Shown here: positions 61,249 through 64,000 of the stretch, piece after piece | Position numbering within the stretch: the stretch's first letter is position 1 | Layout of the letters: every line of letters starts with the position of its first letter | Assembly (NCBI GenBank): GCA_049325595.1 | Contig: JBMOLF010000010.1 | Span: 64,001-128,000, forward strand | Direction: 5' to 3' | DNA length: 64,000 nucleotides | Origin: Candidatus Babelota bacterium | GTDB lineage: Bacteria > Babelota > Babeliae > Babelales > Vermiphilaceae | Translations under genes and position numbers: made by a program | Notes under the pieces: generated by a model | What the model saw: only the letters and a program-made list of their open reading frames with translations | Told to the model about the DNA's origin: nothing | Database searches by the model: none

Positions 61249-61710
61249 ATGAAATACTTACTTTCTTTATTTATGTTGTTATCTATTGTTTCAGTAAACG
61301 CAATGGAAAATAATTTATCACGTTCTGAGTCAGACAGTTTTGTATCAGCTGAATCTTCATGTGAAGAAACAAAATCATTTGTAACAACTGCAATGGCTTC
61401 AGCTACCGAAAAGGTTGGAGAAGTTGTTGAGGCAGCTAAACAAAATGCAGAAGAAGCAGTAACAAAAGTTGAAGGTAAGTGTGCTAAATTTGGTAAATCA
61501 GTAAAAGCTAAATTTGCATCATTGCGTGGAAAAACTCCAACTTTTGCATCAATCAAATCTGGTATTAAAGCTGGTGCAAAAAATATAGCTGCTAAAATTA
61601 AAAATAATCCAAAAAAATCAGCAGCAATCGTTGCAGCAACTGTAGTGACTGTTGCCGCTATAGTTGTTTGTGTAAAAAAATATAAAGAAAAAAAAGCTAA
61701 AGTTGCTTAA
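61249..61710 (+). CDS. Secreted/membrane protein with C-terminal TM and Lys tail
   Basis: Signal peptide NA-ME, KNNPKKSAAIVAATVVTVAAIVVCVKKYKEKK. Confidence 0.8.
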   Translation: MKYLLSLFMLLSIVSVNAMENNLSRSESDSFVSAESSCEETKSFVTTAMASATEKVGEVVEAAKQNAEEAVTKVEGKCAKFGKSVKAKFASLRGKTPTFASIKSGIKAGAKNIAAKIKNNPKKSAAIVAATVVTVAAIVVCVKKYKEKKAKVA

Positions 61711-61729
61711 TTTACACACAAAAAATCTT

Positions 61730-61758
61730 TAAAGCCCGGTATGTCCGGGCTTTTTTTA
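61730..61758 (+). terminator. Intrinsic terminator
   Basis: AAAGCCCGG-TATGT-CCGGGCTTT then T run. Confidence 0.9.
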
Positions 61759-61904
61759 TATCGTTTAGTATTGTTATACTCAATTTTATTCGTTTCTTGT
61801 TAATTTTTATAAAAAATAAGGCTCATTTTTTTTCTAAGTTGTTCAATTTTTCCACGATGCTACACTAATAAATAAAAGCCTATTTTATCTGTGGAGGTCG
61901 TTTT

Positions 61905-62396
61905 ATGAACCCGTCTTATACGGTAAAAAAAGTTTCGATGTTGCTGCTGTTGCAGCCAGACTTAGAAAAAGCGGTAGCTTTTTACCAAAAGCTAGGACTA
62001 AAGCTTGTGTTTCATCTCAAAGATCGCTGGGCTGAGTTTGTTTTAGGTTCTATTCAAATTGGATTATGTCCAACAAGCCAAGCACTACCTGAACGTCATA
62101 CCGGAATTGTTTTTCAGGTTGATGATGTATATCAAATGTACAATGCGCTTGGACATGAGATCACTTTTATGGCATCGCCTCAAGAAGCATTACACGGGAT
62201 TATGGCAAGCATAAAAGATCCAGGTAATAACATTATTGATATCTATCAGCCAACTCCCGAAAAACTTCATGATTTGGTAGAAAAAGTCAAAAATGAAGAA
62301 CAAAAATGCTGCAAAGATAATGCAACTGTGGTAGAAGATTCAGTAAAACAAGGTTGTTGCAAGAACGATTCTGCAAAATCTGAAGGATGCTGCTAA
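61905..62396 (+). CDS. VOC/glyoxalase family protein with Cys-Cys-rich tail
   Basis: DLEKAVAFYQKLGL, IVFQVDDV, KDPGNNII; three CC pairs at C-terminus. Confidence 0.88.
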   Translation: MNPSYTVKKVSMLLLLQPDLEKAVAFYQKLGLKLVFHLKDRWAEFVLGSIQIGLCPTSQALPERHTGIVFQVDDVYQMYNALGHEITFMASPQEALHGIMASIKDPGNNIIDIYQPTPEKLHDLVEKVKNEEQKCCKDNATVVEDSVKQGCCKNDSAKSEGCC

Positions 62397-62573
62397 ATAC
62401 GCATTTTTTGGTTATTTGCTGCAAACTATTTTTAAGAAAATATGAGTCTGGTAATATCAAGTAAAATTAGTTGAAATTTTTAGATTATTTTCTATAATAC
62501 GATTAACTTAATCGTCATAAAAAGCGATGGAAAAGAAAAAATCAAACCAGTATAAGAATGTATAGGAGGCGCA

Positions 62574-62852
62574 ATGATTGATACATTAAAACCACTTGGT
62601 GATCGTGTATTAGTTAAACGAATTGAAGAGCAAGAAAAAACCGCTGGTGGAATTTATATTCCTGATGCGGCCAAAGAAAAGGGTCAAATGGGCGCGGTAG
62701 TTGCCGTTGGTCAAGGCCGTGTAGATAAAGGAACAGTAGTCCCTCTTCAAGTAAAAGTTGGTGATAAAGTAATTTTTGGCAAATATGCTGGAACCGAAGT
62801 AGCCGACAATCATATTATTATTCGTGAAGATGAAATTTTAGGTACTTTTTAA
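62574..62852 (+). CDS. groES: Co-chaperonin GroES
   Basis: [25 protein letters not shown]. Confidence 0.98.
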   Translation: MIDTLKPLGDRVLVKRIEEQEKTAGGIYIPDAAKEKGQMGAVVAVGQGRVDKGTVVPLQVKVGDKVIFGKYAGTEVADNHIIIREDEILGTF

Positions 62853-62867
62853 GTACACAATAGATAG

Positions 62868-64000
<1,133 letters not shown>

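Overview
AT-rich bacterial chromosome segment. Gene content (many signal-peptide LRR/ankyrin/zinc-finger/Skp1-like proteins, split ATP synthase operon, degenerate amidase) suggests an intracellular parasite of protists, most likely Dependentiae/Babelota (TM6); this is an inference from pattern, not a database result. Housekeeping genes: 3' end of leuS, uvrB, recO-like, recD2, atpE-atpF'-atpF-atpH-atpA, arfB, msrAB, groES and the 5' part of groEL. The main accessory structure is a ~5.7 kb element at the 3' end of tRNA-Arg(TCT) carrying a large serine recombinase whose C-terminus appears split between the two element ends, a RelE/HTH toxin-antitoxin pair, a gene II/X-like rolling-circle Rep with an in-frame palindromic insertion, and cargo. 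It sits inside a cluster of five putatively secreted eukaryote-like zinc-finger proteins. Other candidate host-directed effectors: a PLD-fold protein with CDK sites, NLS-like segment and terminal RRLF cyclin-docking-like motif, an LRR with a C-terminal F-box-like motif, a Skp1-like/LRR fusion and a kinase-like protein. Many of these share a signal peptide followed directly by Met-[DENQ].
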